Counted from the stretch's first letter, positions 52,501-61,182 are shown. The stretch: 64,000 bases of DNA from an uncultured Actinomycetes bacterium (GCA_963766395.1 CAVXZD010000006.1:39355-103354), one strand, 5' to 3'. Numbers and translations are program-made. Notes: generated by a model from the letters alone, not told the origin.

Positions 52501-53357
52501 TCGCCGGCGCCACCACCTATCCGCGGCGCTTCGCGTCCCTCGTGAAGATCGAGCACACGGTCTTCGCCCTCCCGTTCGCGTACGTGGGCGCGTTCCTGGC
52601 GGTGGACGGCGTCCCGACCGCGCACGACCTCGTCTGGATCACGCTCGCGATGGTCGGCGCTCGCTCGCTCGCGATGGGGCTCAACCGGCTGATCGACGCC
52701 GGGATCGACGCGCGCAACCCGCGCACGGCGGGCCGCGAGCTTCCGGCCGGCCTGCTCCGTCCCTGGCACGTCGCGCTCTTCTGCCTCGCCTCGCTCGCCC
52801 TCTTCCTGATCGCCGTCTGGCAGCTCGACCCGATCGTCCGCTGGCTGTGGCCGATCCCCGTGATCGGGTTCGTGATCTACCCGTACCTCAAGCGCTGGAC
52901 GTGGATCTCGCACCTGTGGCTCGGCGCTGTCGACGGGCTCGCGCCGGTCGGCGCCTGGGTGGCGATCACCGGGAAGCTGCCCTGGCAGTCCTGGGTGCTC
53001 GGCGCGGCCGTCGCCGCCTGGGTCGCCGGCTTCGACTTCTTCTACAGCCTGCTCGACGCCGACGTCGACCGGCGCGAGGGGCTGAACTCGGTCACGACGC
53101 GCTTCGGCGTGGAGGGCGCGTTCTGGGGCGCGCGGATCCTGCACCTGGCGACGGTCGTCCTGCTGGTCGTCACCGGGCTCGGGCTGCCGGTCGGCGTTCT
53201 CTACTGGATCGGGGTCGGGGTCGTCGCGGCGCTGCTCGCGTACGAGCACTCGCTCGTCCGTCCGGGCGACCTGCGCCGGCTCGACGCGGCGTTCTTCACC
53301 GTGAACGGCGTCATCAGCGTGACCTTCTTCCTCTTCGTGCTCGGGGACTCGCTGTGA
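52497..53357 (+). CDS. UbiA-family aromatic polyprenyltransferase (4-hydroxybenzoate/menaquinone-type)
   Basis: From GTG 52497 within ORF 52410..53357: ..FASLVKIEHTVFALPFAYVGAFLA..ARSLAMGLNRLIDAGIDARNPRTAGRELP..DADVDRREGLNS... Nine or so TM segments. The frame is intact. Confidence 0.8.
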   Translation: MIAGATTYPRRFASLVKIEHTVFALPFAYVGAFLAVDGVPTAHDLVWITLAMVGARSLAMGLNRLIDAGIDARNPRTAGRELPAGLLRPWHVALFCLASLALFLIAVWQLDPIVRWLWPIPVIGFVIYPYLKRWTWISHLWLGAVDGLAPVGAWVAITGKLPWQSWVLGAAVAAWVAGFDFFYSLLDADVDRREGLNSVTTRFGVEGAFWGARILHLATVVLLVVTGLGLPVGVLYWIGVGVVAALLAYEHSLVRPGDLRRLDAAFFTVNGVISVTFFLFVLGDSL

Positions 53358-53938
53358 TCCGGGCTCGCGGCCTCTCGCGCCGCTTCGGGCAGAAGCGCGT
53401 CGTCGAGAAGCTCGACCTCGATCTCGAGGACGGCGGCTTCCTGATCGTCACCGGCGCGAACGGCTCAGGGAAGACGACGCTGCTCCGGCTCTGCGCCGGC
53501 CTGCTCGCGCCGACCGGCGGCGAGCTTCGCGTCGAGACCGGCCGCGCCGGGATCGGCTTCCTCGCGCACGAGCCGCTCGTCTACCGCGAGTTGACCGCGA
53601 TGGAGAACCTCGACCTGTACGGCCGGCTCTACCGGATCCCGGAGCGGCGCGAGCGGACGGGGATGCTGCTCGAGCGGTTCGGCCTCTGGGACGTGCGCAA
53701 CGAGCGGGCCGGGTCGTTCTCGCGCGGGATGCTGCAGCGGCTCGCGCTCTGCCGGTCGCTCCTGCACGAGCCCGACCTTCTCCTCCTGGACGAGCCTTTC
53801 AACGCGCTCGACGCCGAGGGCACCGACCTCCTCGCCCGCGAGCTGGAGGAGCTCAGGGGCCGCCGCACCTTCCTCGTCGCCACGCATGATCCCGCGCGAC
53901 TGGACGGCCTCGCCACCGCCAGGCTCGGCCTCGCATGA
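53354..53938 (+). CDS. ccmA: heme-exporter-type ABC ATPase
   Basis: VIRARGLSRRFGQKRV..VTGANGSGKTTLLRL..SFSRGMLQRLALCRSL..LLLLDEPFNALD... Short single-domain ATPase followed by ccmB and ccmC. GTGA overlap with the upstream gene. Confidence 0.75.
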   Translation: MIRARGLSRRFGQKRVVEKLDLDLEDGGFLIVTGANGSGKTTLLRLCAGLLAPTGGELRVETGRAGIGFLAHEPLVYRELTAMENLDLYGRLYRIPERRERTGMLLERFGLWDVRNERAGSFSRGMLQRLALCRSLLHEPDLLLLDEPFNALDAEGTDLLARELEELRGRRTFLVATHDPARLDGLATARLGLA

Positions 53939-54573
53939 ACTACTTCCGCGACGTCGCCACGCTGGCGCGCAAGGACCTCCTGCTCGAGCTGCGCGCCCGC
54001 GACACGGTGCCGGCGATGCTCCTGTTCGTCGTCGCGGCGCTCGTCGTCTTCCACTTTGCGCTGCCGTCCGCGAGCTCCGACCTGGCCGCGTACGGCCTGC
54101 TCTGGGTCGCGCTCCTCTTCACGGCGCTGCTCGGCCTCGTCCGCTCGTTCTCGGCCGAGCGCGACCAGGGCCTGCTGGACGGCCTCGTCCTCGCGCCCTG
54201 CGACCGCTCCGCGATCTGGCTGGCGAAGGCGCTCGCGATGCTCGGGTTCCTCGTCCTCGCCGAGATCGTCGCGCTACCGGCCTTCGCGATCTTCTTCCAC
54301 GGGATCGGCTGGACGACGGTGGCCGGAGTCGCGCTCGCCGACCTCGGGATCTGCGCCGTCGGGACGCTGCTCGCCGCGATGGCCGCCGCGAGCCGCGCGC
54401 GCGAGCTGCTGCTCCCGCTCCTCTTCCTCCCGCTTGCGATTCCGATCGTGGTCGGCGGCGTCGGCGCCGGCGTGGTCGACGACGCGGGCCGCTACCTGGG
54501 CCTGCTGGCGGTCTACGACGCCATCTTTGCGATCATTTGCTGGGCTTCCTTTGAGTACGTCGTTACGGAATAA
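53935..54573 (+). CDS. ccmB: heme exporter protein B
   Basis: Intact ORF: ..ARKDLLLELRARDTVPAMLLF..LLWVALLFTALLGLVRSFSAERDQGLLDGL.. Six TM segments. ATGA overlap with ccmA. Confidence 0.75.
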   Translation: MNYFRDVATLARKDLLLELRARDTVPAMLLFVVAALVVFHFALPSASSDLAAYGLLWVALLFTALLGLVRSFSAERDQGLLDGLVLAPCDRSAIWLAKALAMLGFLVLAEIVALPAFAIFFHGIGWTTVAGVALADLGICAVGTLLAAMAAASRARELLLPLLFLPLAIPIVVGGVGAGVVDDAGRYLGLLAVYDAIFAIICWASFEYVVTE

Positions 54574-55240
54574 CGCGGGTGCCGCGTCGGCCGTGCTGGC
54601 CGCGACGCTCGTGTGCGCCGCGATCGCGCTGATCTTCTTCTGGGTTCCCGAGGACGCCGACCAGGGCTTCTCGCAGAAGATCTTCTACTTCCACGTCCCG
54701 ATCGCGATCACCGCGTACGCCTGCTTCGGCTGGGGCGCTTTCAAGGCGTTCATGCACCTCTGGAAGCGGCCGCCCGAGGCCGACCTGCAGAGCTACGTCG
54801 CCATCCACCTCGGGGTGATCTTCGGCGCCCTCACGCTCGTCACCGGCTCGATCTGGGCCAAGGCCTCGTGGGGCGTGTGGTGGACGTGGAGCTCGCAGCA
54901 GCTCGTCCTGTTCCTCGTCCTCTTCCTCTTCTACTCGGCGTACTTCATGCTCCGCTTCTCGGTCGATCCCGGCCCGGCGCGCGCCAACGTCTCGGCGGTG
55001 TACGCGCTCTTCGGCGTCGTCCTGATCCCGGTCAGCTTCCTCGCCATCCGCCTCGCCAACGACTTCATCCATCCGGTCGTGTTCAACTCGGCCGGGCCGC
55101 AGATGGCCGGACTCGATGTTCTTCACCTTCTGCGTCGCCCTGGCCGCGATGCTCGCGCTCGCCGCCGCGCTCTACCGGCTCGAGCTGACGGGAAAGAGGC
55201 TGGACGCGACGATGAAGCGGCTGCGGGAGGCGCTGGAGTG
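54551..55240 (+). CDS. ccmC: CcmC-like heme exporter/heme lyase subunit, one apparent frameshift
   Basis: ..FFWVPEDADQGFSQKIFYFHVPIAITAY..GSIWAKASWGVWWTWSSQQLVLFLVLFLFY..NDFIHPVVF.. (frame of ORF 54056..56188), then ..MFFTFCVALAAMLALAAALYRLELTGKRLDATMKRLREALE after a shift near 55110. The TTG start is tentative. Confidence 0.7.
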
Positions 55241-55431
55241 AGCTCCGGCGAGAAGTACGTCGCCGCCGCGTACCTGGTCGTGTTCGTGGCGGTGCTGGTC
55301 TACCTGGTGATCATGCAGCTGAAGCTCCAGCGGCTCCAGCGCGAGCTCGCGGAGCTGGCGGAGCTCGCGCAGAGCGCCGGGCGCGCGAGGAGCACGAGCC
55401 GCGCCGCCGGGAGGCTGCGGAAGTTGGCTGA
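55237..55431 (+). CDS. ccmD: CcmD-like small single-TM protein, one apparent frameshift
   Basis: VSSGEKYVAAAYLVVFVAVLVYLVIMQLKLQRLQRELAELAEL.., then ..ERRAREEHEPRRREAAEVG and TGA 55429-55431 in another frame. The assignment rests on position and size after ccmC. Confidence 0.5.
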   Translation, partial: SELRREVRRRRVPGRVRGGAGLPGDHAAEAPAAPARARGAGGARAERRAREEHEPRRREAAEVG

Positions 55432-56188
55432 GGCGCTCTTCTGGGCCGCGCTGGCCGGGTATCTGGTCGCGTCGGTCGCGTACCTTCGGCTCGGGCGGGT
55501 CGCAACGTGGGGCGTCCGGCTCGGCTGGCTCGCGCAGACCGCGCTCCTGGGAGTGCAGGCGGCGCAGGCGGACGGCTTCCCGTGGGCGAGCTGGTCGGGG
55601 TCGCTCAACCTCTTCGTCTGGCTCGTCGTCGGCGCGTACCTGATCTGGGGCTGCAAGCCGCGCTACCGCCTGCTCGGGCTCGCGGTCATGCCGCTCGCGA
55701 CCGTCCTGCTCGCCGTCTCGTACGCCGGCGGCGGGACGACCGGTGAGACGAGCGGCTACTCGAGCCTCTTCCTCGTCCTCCACGTCGGGCTCGTCCTCGC
55801 CGCGTTCGCAGGCTTCACGCTGGCGGCCGGGCTGTCGGCGCTCTACCTCTGGCAGGAGCGGCGTCTGAAGCGGCACGAGGCGCGGATCCTGCGCGTCCGT
55901 GTGCCGGCGCTCGTCACGCTGGACGACCTCGCCGGGCGGACGATCGCGTTCGCGCTGCCGGCGCTCACGCTCGGGATCGTCGCCGGCCTCGTCCGGCTCG
56001 GCTCCCACGGCGGCGGCTTCGACGCGCTGATGGCGGTGACGATCGTGACCTGGGCGGTCTACGGAGTCTTTCTGCTTCTGCGCTACGAGGCGGGCTGGCA
56101 CGGGCGCAAGGCCGCGTACCTGCTCCTCGCCGGCTTCGCGCTCGTGATCGCGGTCCGGCTCGGCCTTCCGACGGTGCATTTCTCGTGA
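55424..56188 (+). CDS. cytochrome c assembly (CcsA/ResC-fold) family protein, HemX-like
   Basis: From TTG 55424 in the ORF 54056..56188 frame: ..AEALFWAALAGYLVASVAYL..GFPWASWSGSLNLFVWLVVGAYLIW..FLVLHVGLVLAAFAGFTLAAGLSALYLWQERRLK... It lies directly upstream of hemA, like Bacillus hemX. Confidence 0.6.
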   Translation: MAEALFWAALAGYLVASVAYLRLGRVATWGVRLGWLAQTALLGVQAAQADGFPWASWSGSLNLFVWLVVGAYLIWGCKPRYRLLGLAVMPLATVLLAVSYAGGGTTGETSGYSSLFLVLHVGLVLAAFAGFTLAAGLSALYLWQERRLKRHEARILRVRVPALVTLDDLAGRTIAFALPALTLGIVAGLVRLGSHGGGFDALMAVTIVTWAVYGVFLLLRYEAGWHGRKAAYLLLAGFALVIAVRLGLPTVHFS

Positions 56189-57434
56189 CCCTCGTCCTCG
56201 TCGGCACGTCGCATCGTCTGGCGCCCGTGGAGGTGCGCGAGCGGGTCGCCTTCGGCGAGAAGGAAGCCGCCGAGGTCGCGCGCTCGCTCGCGGCCGACGG
56301 CTGGGAAGCCGTCTGCCTCTCGACCTGCAACCGCACCGAGCTCTACCTGGCGGCCGAAGACGCCGACGGCGGCCGAGCAGCGCGCCGCATCGGTTCTCCT
56401 CGAGCTTCCGGCGCTCTACCGTCTGTACGACCACGCCGCCGCGCTCCATCTCTTCCGCGTCGCCGCGGGCCTCGATTCGCTCGTCCCCGGCGAGGGGGAG
56501 ATTCTCGGCCAGGTGCGAAGGGCGGCCGAGCTCGGCGCGCCCGGCCCGCTGCTCGAGCGGCTCTTCCGGGATGCGGTCCACGCCGGGCGCAAGGTGCGCT
56601 CGCAGACCGCGATCTCGGAGAGCCCCGCTTCGATCTCCTCGGCCGCGGCCGCGCTGGCGCAGCAGGTGTTCGGCGACCTGGCGGGTCGCAAGATCCTCGT
56701 CATCGGCGCGGGCAAGATCAGCGAGCAGGCCGCGCGGAACCTCGTCTCGCGCGGCGCGGCGATCTCGGCGGTGGCCAACCGCAGTCTCGAGCGAGCGCGA
56801 GGAGCTGGCCGGCCGGTTCGACGCACGCTCCGTCCCGCTCGACCAGGCGCAGGAGGAGCTGGCGCGAGGCGGACGTCGTCGTCTCCTCGACCAGCGCGGG
56901 CGGCTTCGTCCTCGAGCAGGCCGGCGTCCAGGCGACGCTCGGCGCCCGGCGCGGGCGGCCGCTCTTCCTGATCGACCTCGCCGTCCCCCGCGACCTCGAC
57001 CCCGCCATCCACGAGCTCCCGGGCTGTTACCTGTACGACATCGACGACCTGCAGGCGGTCGTGGCCGAGAGCCTGGCCGGTCGCCGGAGCGAGGCCGCGC
57101 GGGCGGAGGAGATCGTCGCCGCCGAGGCCGAGCGGTTCCGCGCCTGGCAGGCCTCCCTCGACGTCGTCCCCGCGATCGCGTCGCTGCGCGCCCGGGCGGA
57201 GGAGATCCGCGTCGAACGAGCTCGCGCGCGCCCGGCTGAGCGGGCTGTCGGAGCAGGATCGCCGGGCCGTCGAGTCGCTGACCGCTCAGATCGTCAGCAA
57301 GCTGCTCCACCTGCCGACCGTGCGGATGAAGGAGGCGGCGGCCGGTGCTGAGGGCGGCGTGTACGCGGACGTCGTCCGTCGACCTCTTCGGGCTCGAGGA
57401 CGATGCTGGTTCGAATCGGCTCCCGCGGGAGTAG
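56185..57434 (+). CDS. hemA: glutamyl-tRNA reductase, apparent frameshifts
   Basis: VTLVLVGTSHRLAPVEVRERVAF..VCLSTCNRTELY.., ..LFRVAAGLDSLVPGEGEILGQV.., ..ISSAAAALAQQVFGDLAGRKILVIGAGKISEQAARNL.. (ORF 56513..56971) and ..LFLIDLAVPRDLDP.. . At least 4 frame changes. The inferred end is ..DLFGLEDDAGSNRLPRE. Confidence 0.85.
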
Positions 57435-58229
57435 GCTCGCGCTCATCCAGGCCGAGCTCGCGCGCGTCGCGGCTGCGCGGGCCGGGCGTGGAGATCGCGC
57501 TGGTGCCGATCACGACTGCCGGCGACCGCGACCGAACGAAGCCGTTCGGCGAGATCGGCGCGCGCGGCGTCTTCGTCAAGGAGATCGAGGAGGCGCTGCT
57601 CGAGCGGCGGATCGACGTCGCCGTGCACTCCGCCAAGGACATGACCTCCTCGGACGCGGAGGGGCTCGTCGTCGGCGCCTACCTCGAGCGGGAAGATCCC
57701 CGTGACGCCCTGTGCGGCGCGGACGAGGTGCGGCCGGGAATGCGGATCGGCACGGCCTCGATCCGCCGGCGCGCGCAGCTCCTTGCGCTCGAGCCGTCGC
57801 TGTCGATCGAGCCGCTGCGCGGCAATATCGACACGCGGCTGCGCAAGCGCGGTGAGCGCGGCCTCGATGCGGTCGTTCTCGCCGCGTGCGGGCTCGATCG
57901 GCTGGGGCTGTCCGCCGAGATCGGGCACCGGTTCACGCCTGAGCAGATGCTTCCGGAGGCGGGCCAGGGCGCGCTCGCGCTGCAGGTCCGCGCCGGGGAG
58001 GAGGAGCTCGTCGGCGCGGCCGACCATCCTGAGACTCGCCGCCGGGTCGAGGCCGAGCGCGCGTGCGTGTTCGCAATCGGCGGCGGCTGCCTCGCTCCGG
58101 TCGCGGCCCACCACGACGGGGAGACGCTCACCGCGCTCGTCGCCGCCGAGGACGGCAGCTGGATCGAGCGGCGCAGCGGAGACGACCCGGCCGCGCTCGC
58201 CGCCGAGCTGGCCGCGCTCGTCGCGCGTG
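57403..58229 (+). CDS. hemC: porphobilinogen deaminase (hydroxymethylbilane synthase), apparent frameshifts
   Basis: MLVRIGSRGSRLALIQAE.. (ORF 57403..57705), then ..VPITTAGDRDRTKPFGEIGARGVFVKEIEEALL..DVAVHSAKDM..RGNIDTRL.. (ORF 57320..58852 frame). Shift near 57470. The 3' boundary is inferred from the GTGA at 58226-58229. Confidence 0.85.
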
Positions 58230-58852
58230 AGGATCGCCGTCACCGGAACAGACCGAGGCGCGCCGAGCTCGCGCGGCGCCTCGAGGCGCTCGGCCACGAG
58301 GTCGAGATCTGCCCACTCGTCGAGATCGAGCTGGTGGGACCGGACGAGGTCGACGTCTCCGGCTACGACTGGGTCGTCGTCACGAGCCGGAACGGCGCCC
58401 GCGAGCTCGTGCGGCGCATGCGCGGCTCCCCAGGCCGCATTGCCGCCATCGGGCCGGGAACGGCCGAAGAGCTGCCTCGCGTCGATCTCGTCCCGCAGGT
58501 CTCCACGCAGGAAGGCCTGCTCGCCGAACTGCCGCGCCCCGCAGGCCGAGTCCTCTTCGCCGGCGGCGGAGGGAGCGCGCCGCCTGCTCGAGACGAGCTC
58601 GGCGCCGATTTCGTTCCGCTCTACCGGACGAAGGAGCTTCGCCCCGACGCGTTCCCGGAGGTCGACCTCGTCGTGCTCGCCTCCGCGTCCGCGGCGCGCG
58701 CCTATGCAGCGCTCGAAGCCACGGCTCCGGCGGTCACGATCGGACCGCAGACGACCGCTGCCGCGACCGGAGTCGAGATCGTCGCGGAGGCGGAGTCGCA
58801 CGACCTCGACGGCCTCGTAGAGGCGGTTCGTCGTATCGTCCCAGCGTCGTGA
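58226..58852 (+). CDS. hemD: uroporphyrinogen-III synthase, boundary and frame uncertain
   Basis: ..AELARRLEALGHEVEICPLVEIE..YDWVVVTSRNGAREL..IAAIGPGTAEEL..LVVLASASAARAY.. in the ORF 57320..58852 frame. The N-terminus VRIAVT.. from GTG 58226 is in another frame. Confidence 0.7.
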   Translation, partial: REDRRHRNRPRRAELARRLEALGHEVEICPLVEIELVGPDEVDVSGYDWVVVTSRNGARELVRRMRGSPGRIAAIGPGTAEELPRVDLVPQVSTQEGLLAELPRPAGRVLFAGGGGSAPPARDELGADFVPLYRTKELRPDAFPEVDLVVLASASAARAYAALEATAPAVTIGPQTTAAATGVEIVAEAESHDLDGLVEAVRRIVPAS

Positions 58853-59652
58853 TCATCACCTTCCTCACCGATTTCGGCCTGCAGGACGACTTCGTCGGAA
58901 CCTGCCACGGCGTGATCAAGCGGATCGCCCCGGAGGCGGAGGTCATCGACATCACGCACGGCATCCCGCGTCAGCGCGTCCTCCAGGGCGCCCTCGTCTT
59001 GCGCAACACGCTCGCGTACATGCCGGTCGGCGTCCACCTCGCAGTGGTCGATCCCGGCGTCGGCGGGTCGCGGCGGCCGCTTGCGCTGCGGGATGGGGAG
59101 GGACGCCTGTACGTCGGGCCGGACAACGGGCTGCTCCTGCCGGCGGCGGAGCGGTTCGGCGGCGTCGCCGAGGCCCATGAGCTCGCCAACTCGGACTACG
59201 CGCTCCAGCCGGTCTCGCGCACCTTCCACGGCCGCGACCTGTTCGCGCCCGCCGCTGCGCATCTCGCGAACGGCGTCGAGCTCGGCGAGCTGGGCCCGCC
59301 CGTCGCGGCGGAGACGCTCGCGCGGCTCGACATCCCGCAGCCGGAGATCGGCGAGGGAGAGGCGCAGGCGGCCGTCCTGTACGTCGACCGCTACGGCAAC
59401 GTGCAGCTGAACCTCGACCGCGAGGACATGGAGCAGGTGGAGATCTCGCCGGGGACGAGGGTCGAGCTCGACTGCAAGGGAGAGCGCTACTACGCCGTGG
59501 CTGCGCGCACCTTCGCGGACGCGCGACCGGGCGACATCCTGTTGTACGAGGACTCCTACCGGAACATCGCCATCGCCATCAACGGCGGGGACGCGGCCGA
59601 GATGCTGGCGGCGCGCGCCGGCGACCGGATCTCCCTGAAGCGCGTCCTGTGA
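58849..59652 (+). CDS. SAM hydroxide adenosyltransferase / SAM hydrolase family protein (DUF62)
   Basis: Intact ORF: MIITFLTDFGLQDDFVGTCHGVIKRI..VHLAVVDPGVGG..YVGPDNGLL..SRTFHGRDLFAPAAAHLA..VLYVDRYGNVQLN... Confidence 0.85.
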   Translation: MIITFLTDFGLQDDFVGTCHGVIKRIAPEAEVIDITHGIPRQRVLQGALVLRNTLAYMPVGVHLAVVDPGVGGSRRPLALRDGEGRLYVGPDNGLLLPAAERFGGVAEAHELANSDYALQPVSRTFHGRDLFAPAAAHLANGVELGELGPPVAAETLARLDIPQPEIGEGEAQAAVLYVDRYGNVQLNLDREDMEQVEISPGTRVELDCKGERYYAVAARTFADARPGDILLYEDSYRNIAIAINGGDAAEMLAARAGDRISLKRVL

Positions 59653-60338
59653 CCTGGGACGAGCTTCGGGTCGCAGCCGGTCGCCGCTTCGCGCGGCTCG
59701 CGACCAACGTGGTGACGCGGGTTCCCGCGCTGTGGCCGGTCTTCCGCGGGTTGATCGGCGCCCAGTTCGACGCGCTCGCGCCGCGGTGGGAGCAGATCGT
59801 CAGCCCCGAGCACCTGGCCCCGTACGAAGCCGCGCTCGCCTCGCTCGATCCTCCGGCACGCGCGCTCGATCTCGGGACGGGAACCGGAGTCGGAGCGTTC
59901 GCGATCGCCCGGCATTTTCCGGAGGCGGAAGTGGTCGGCGCGGATCTCTCGGACCGGATGATCGACGAGGCCCGTCGCAAGATCCCGCCGGAGCTCGAGG
60001 GTCGTGTCCGCTTCGAGGTCGCCGATGCCTCGCGGCTTCCCTATCCCGACGGGAGCTTCGCCCTCGTCGCGCACATGAACATGATCCCGTTCTTCGACGA
60101 GCTCGCACGGGTGACCGCCCCCGGAGGCGCCGTGCTGTTCTCGTTTTCGGGCGGAGCGGGGACGCCGATCTACGTCCCGCCGGAGCGCCTGCGGGCCGAG
60201 CTGGCGCAGCGAGGTTTTGCGGAATTTGCGGATTTTGCGGCAGGAAACGGGACCTCCATGGTTGCCCGCAAGGGCGGCCCACTTAGGGTCGAATCGTCAA
60301 GGAGTTCGCGGCGCGGACGCACCGGCCCGGACCCTTAG
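59649..60338 (+). CDS. class I SAM-dependent methyltransferase
   Basis: Intact ORF with motif I ..ALDLGTGTGVGAFAIA.. and ..FALVAHMNMIPF..APGGAVLFSF... GTGA overlap with the DUF62 gene. Confidence 0.75.
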   Translation: MTWDELRVAAGRRFARLATNVVTRVPALWPVFRGLIGAQFDALAPRWEQIVSPEHLAPYEAALASLDPPARALDLGTGTGVGAFAIARHFPEAEVVGADLSDRMIDEARRKIPPELEGRVRFEVADASRLPYPDGSFALVAHMNMIPFFDELARVTAPGGAVLFSFSGGAGTPIYVPPERLRAELAQRGFAEFADFAAGNGTSMVARKGGPLRVESSRSSRRGRTGPDP

Positions 60339-60339
60339 C

Positions 60340-60370
60340 ACTGGGCGCCTCATGGGGCGCCCAGTTCTTT
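60340..60370 (+). terminator. candidate intrinsic terminator
   Basis: ACTGGGCGCC (60340-60349), a 6-nt loop, GGCGCCCAGT (60356-60365), then TCTTT. It sits 2 nt after the TAG of the last gene in the long plus-strand string. The U-tract is short. Confidence 0.55.
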
Positions 60371-60400
60371 AGACGTTGAACTCCTGCTGGACCGGACGCT

Positions 60401-60441
60401 GGCGAGGTATCAGTTGGAGAGCACGGCTGCGTGTCGAGGCC
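60401..60441 (+). repeat. degenerate direct copy of the tRNA-Phe 5' half
   Basis: GGCGAGGTA-TCAGTTGG-AGAGCAC-GGCTG aligns to tRNA-Phe GGCGAGGTAGCTCAGTTGGTAGAGCACACGGCTG with three small gaps. The anticodon loop and the T-arm/3' acceptor are absent. Confidence 0.6.
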
Positions 60442-60504
60442 AAGCGGCGCTTTTCGGCGAGGGAAGGCGGACAGGCTCAGATGCTCGGTACACTCGACCC
60501 GCTT

Positions 60505-60577
60505 GGCGAGGTAGCTCAGTTGGTAGAGCACACGGCTGAAAACCGTGGTGTCGCCGGTTCGATTCCGGCCCTCGCCA
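60505..60577 (+). tRNA. tRNA-Phe (anticodon GAA)
   Basis: Folded by hand: GGCGAGG TA GCTC AGTTGGTA GAGC A CACGG CTGAAAA CCGTG GTGTC GCCGG TTCGATT CCGGC CCTCGCC A. All stems pair. CCA is not encoded. Confidence 0.95.
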
Positions 60578-60581
60578 CTCC

Positions 60582-61182
60582 TTGGTCATCGACGTGAGCG
60601 AGCTCTCGTGGTGGTTCGCGCCGCATCCCGCCTGGGAGCCGGGGGAGGACTGGGAGCCAGAAGTTCCGGTGGTTCGCTTCGAGACTGAGGACGAGGTCAC
60701 GCTGATCGACCCGTTCCTGCCTGCCGGACGGACGAGCTTCGACTCCGCACGGGAAGCCGGTCCGCGTGCTCCTGACGCAGGGCGCGCACTACCGCGGGCA
60801 CGGCGGACTTCGTCGAGCGGTACGGCGCATCGATCTGGGCACCGCCGCGGGCCGTCTGGCGGAAGGATCCCGAACCCCGCAACAACGACCGAGCTTCCTC
60901 GAGGCGTCGAGGCGATCGAGCTCGACGGCGAGCCGCAGCAGGTCGTCGTTCTTCATCCCCGAGCACGCGACGCTCGTGACAGGAGACGATGCTTCGAGCG
61001 GGACGGGCGGCGTGCTGCACGTCTTCGTCGACGAAGCCGATCCAGAGCGCTTGCTGCCGTCGCTGGATGCGCTCGCCGACCTCCCGATCGAGCGCGTCAT
61101 CATCCCGCACGGCGATGCGATACTGCGCACGGCGCGGCGGCTCCGCGCGGCGGTCAGCGAAGCTGCCAGAAGGAGCCGCTGA
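60582..61182 (+). CDS. hypothetical protein, possibly MBL-fold hydrolase-like, apparent frameshifts
   Basis: ..VSELSWWFAPHPAWEPGEDWEPEVPVVRFETEDEVTLIDPFLPAG.. (ORF 60582..61502), ..VRVLLTQ..HYRGTADFVERYGASIWAPP.., and ..FFIPEHATLVTGD..LPSLDALADLPIERVIIPHGD.. (ORF 60766..61182). The family assignment is weak. Confidence 0.35.

Noticed and set aside
55172-57310. 712-aa minus-strand ORF; likewise 34484..36760 (758 aa) and 17715..19595 (626 aa)
   Set aside because: Each is either antisense to well-supported genes (hemX-like and hemA) or a chimera of short genuine in-frame segments joined to out-of-frame read-through (DUF2079; recF and dnaN). None is an independent gene.
60215-60241. Three tandem 9-nt units: TTTTGCGGA ATTTGCGGA TTTTGCGGC
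   Set aside because: The units lie inside the methyltransferase coding frame and encode FAEFADFAA. This is too short and too few copies to be more than a local coding repeat.
60283-60700. Two minus-strand ORFs containing MLYQLSYL.. and ..GPESNRRHHGFQPCALPTEL..
   Set aside because: These peptides are the well-known antisense translation of a tRNA gene (here tRNA-Phe). They are not proteins.
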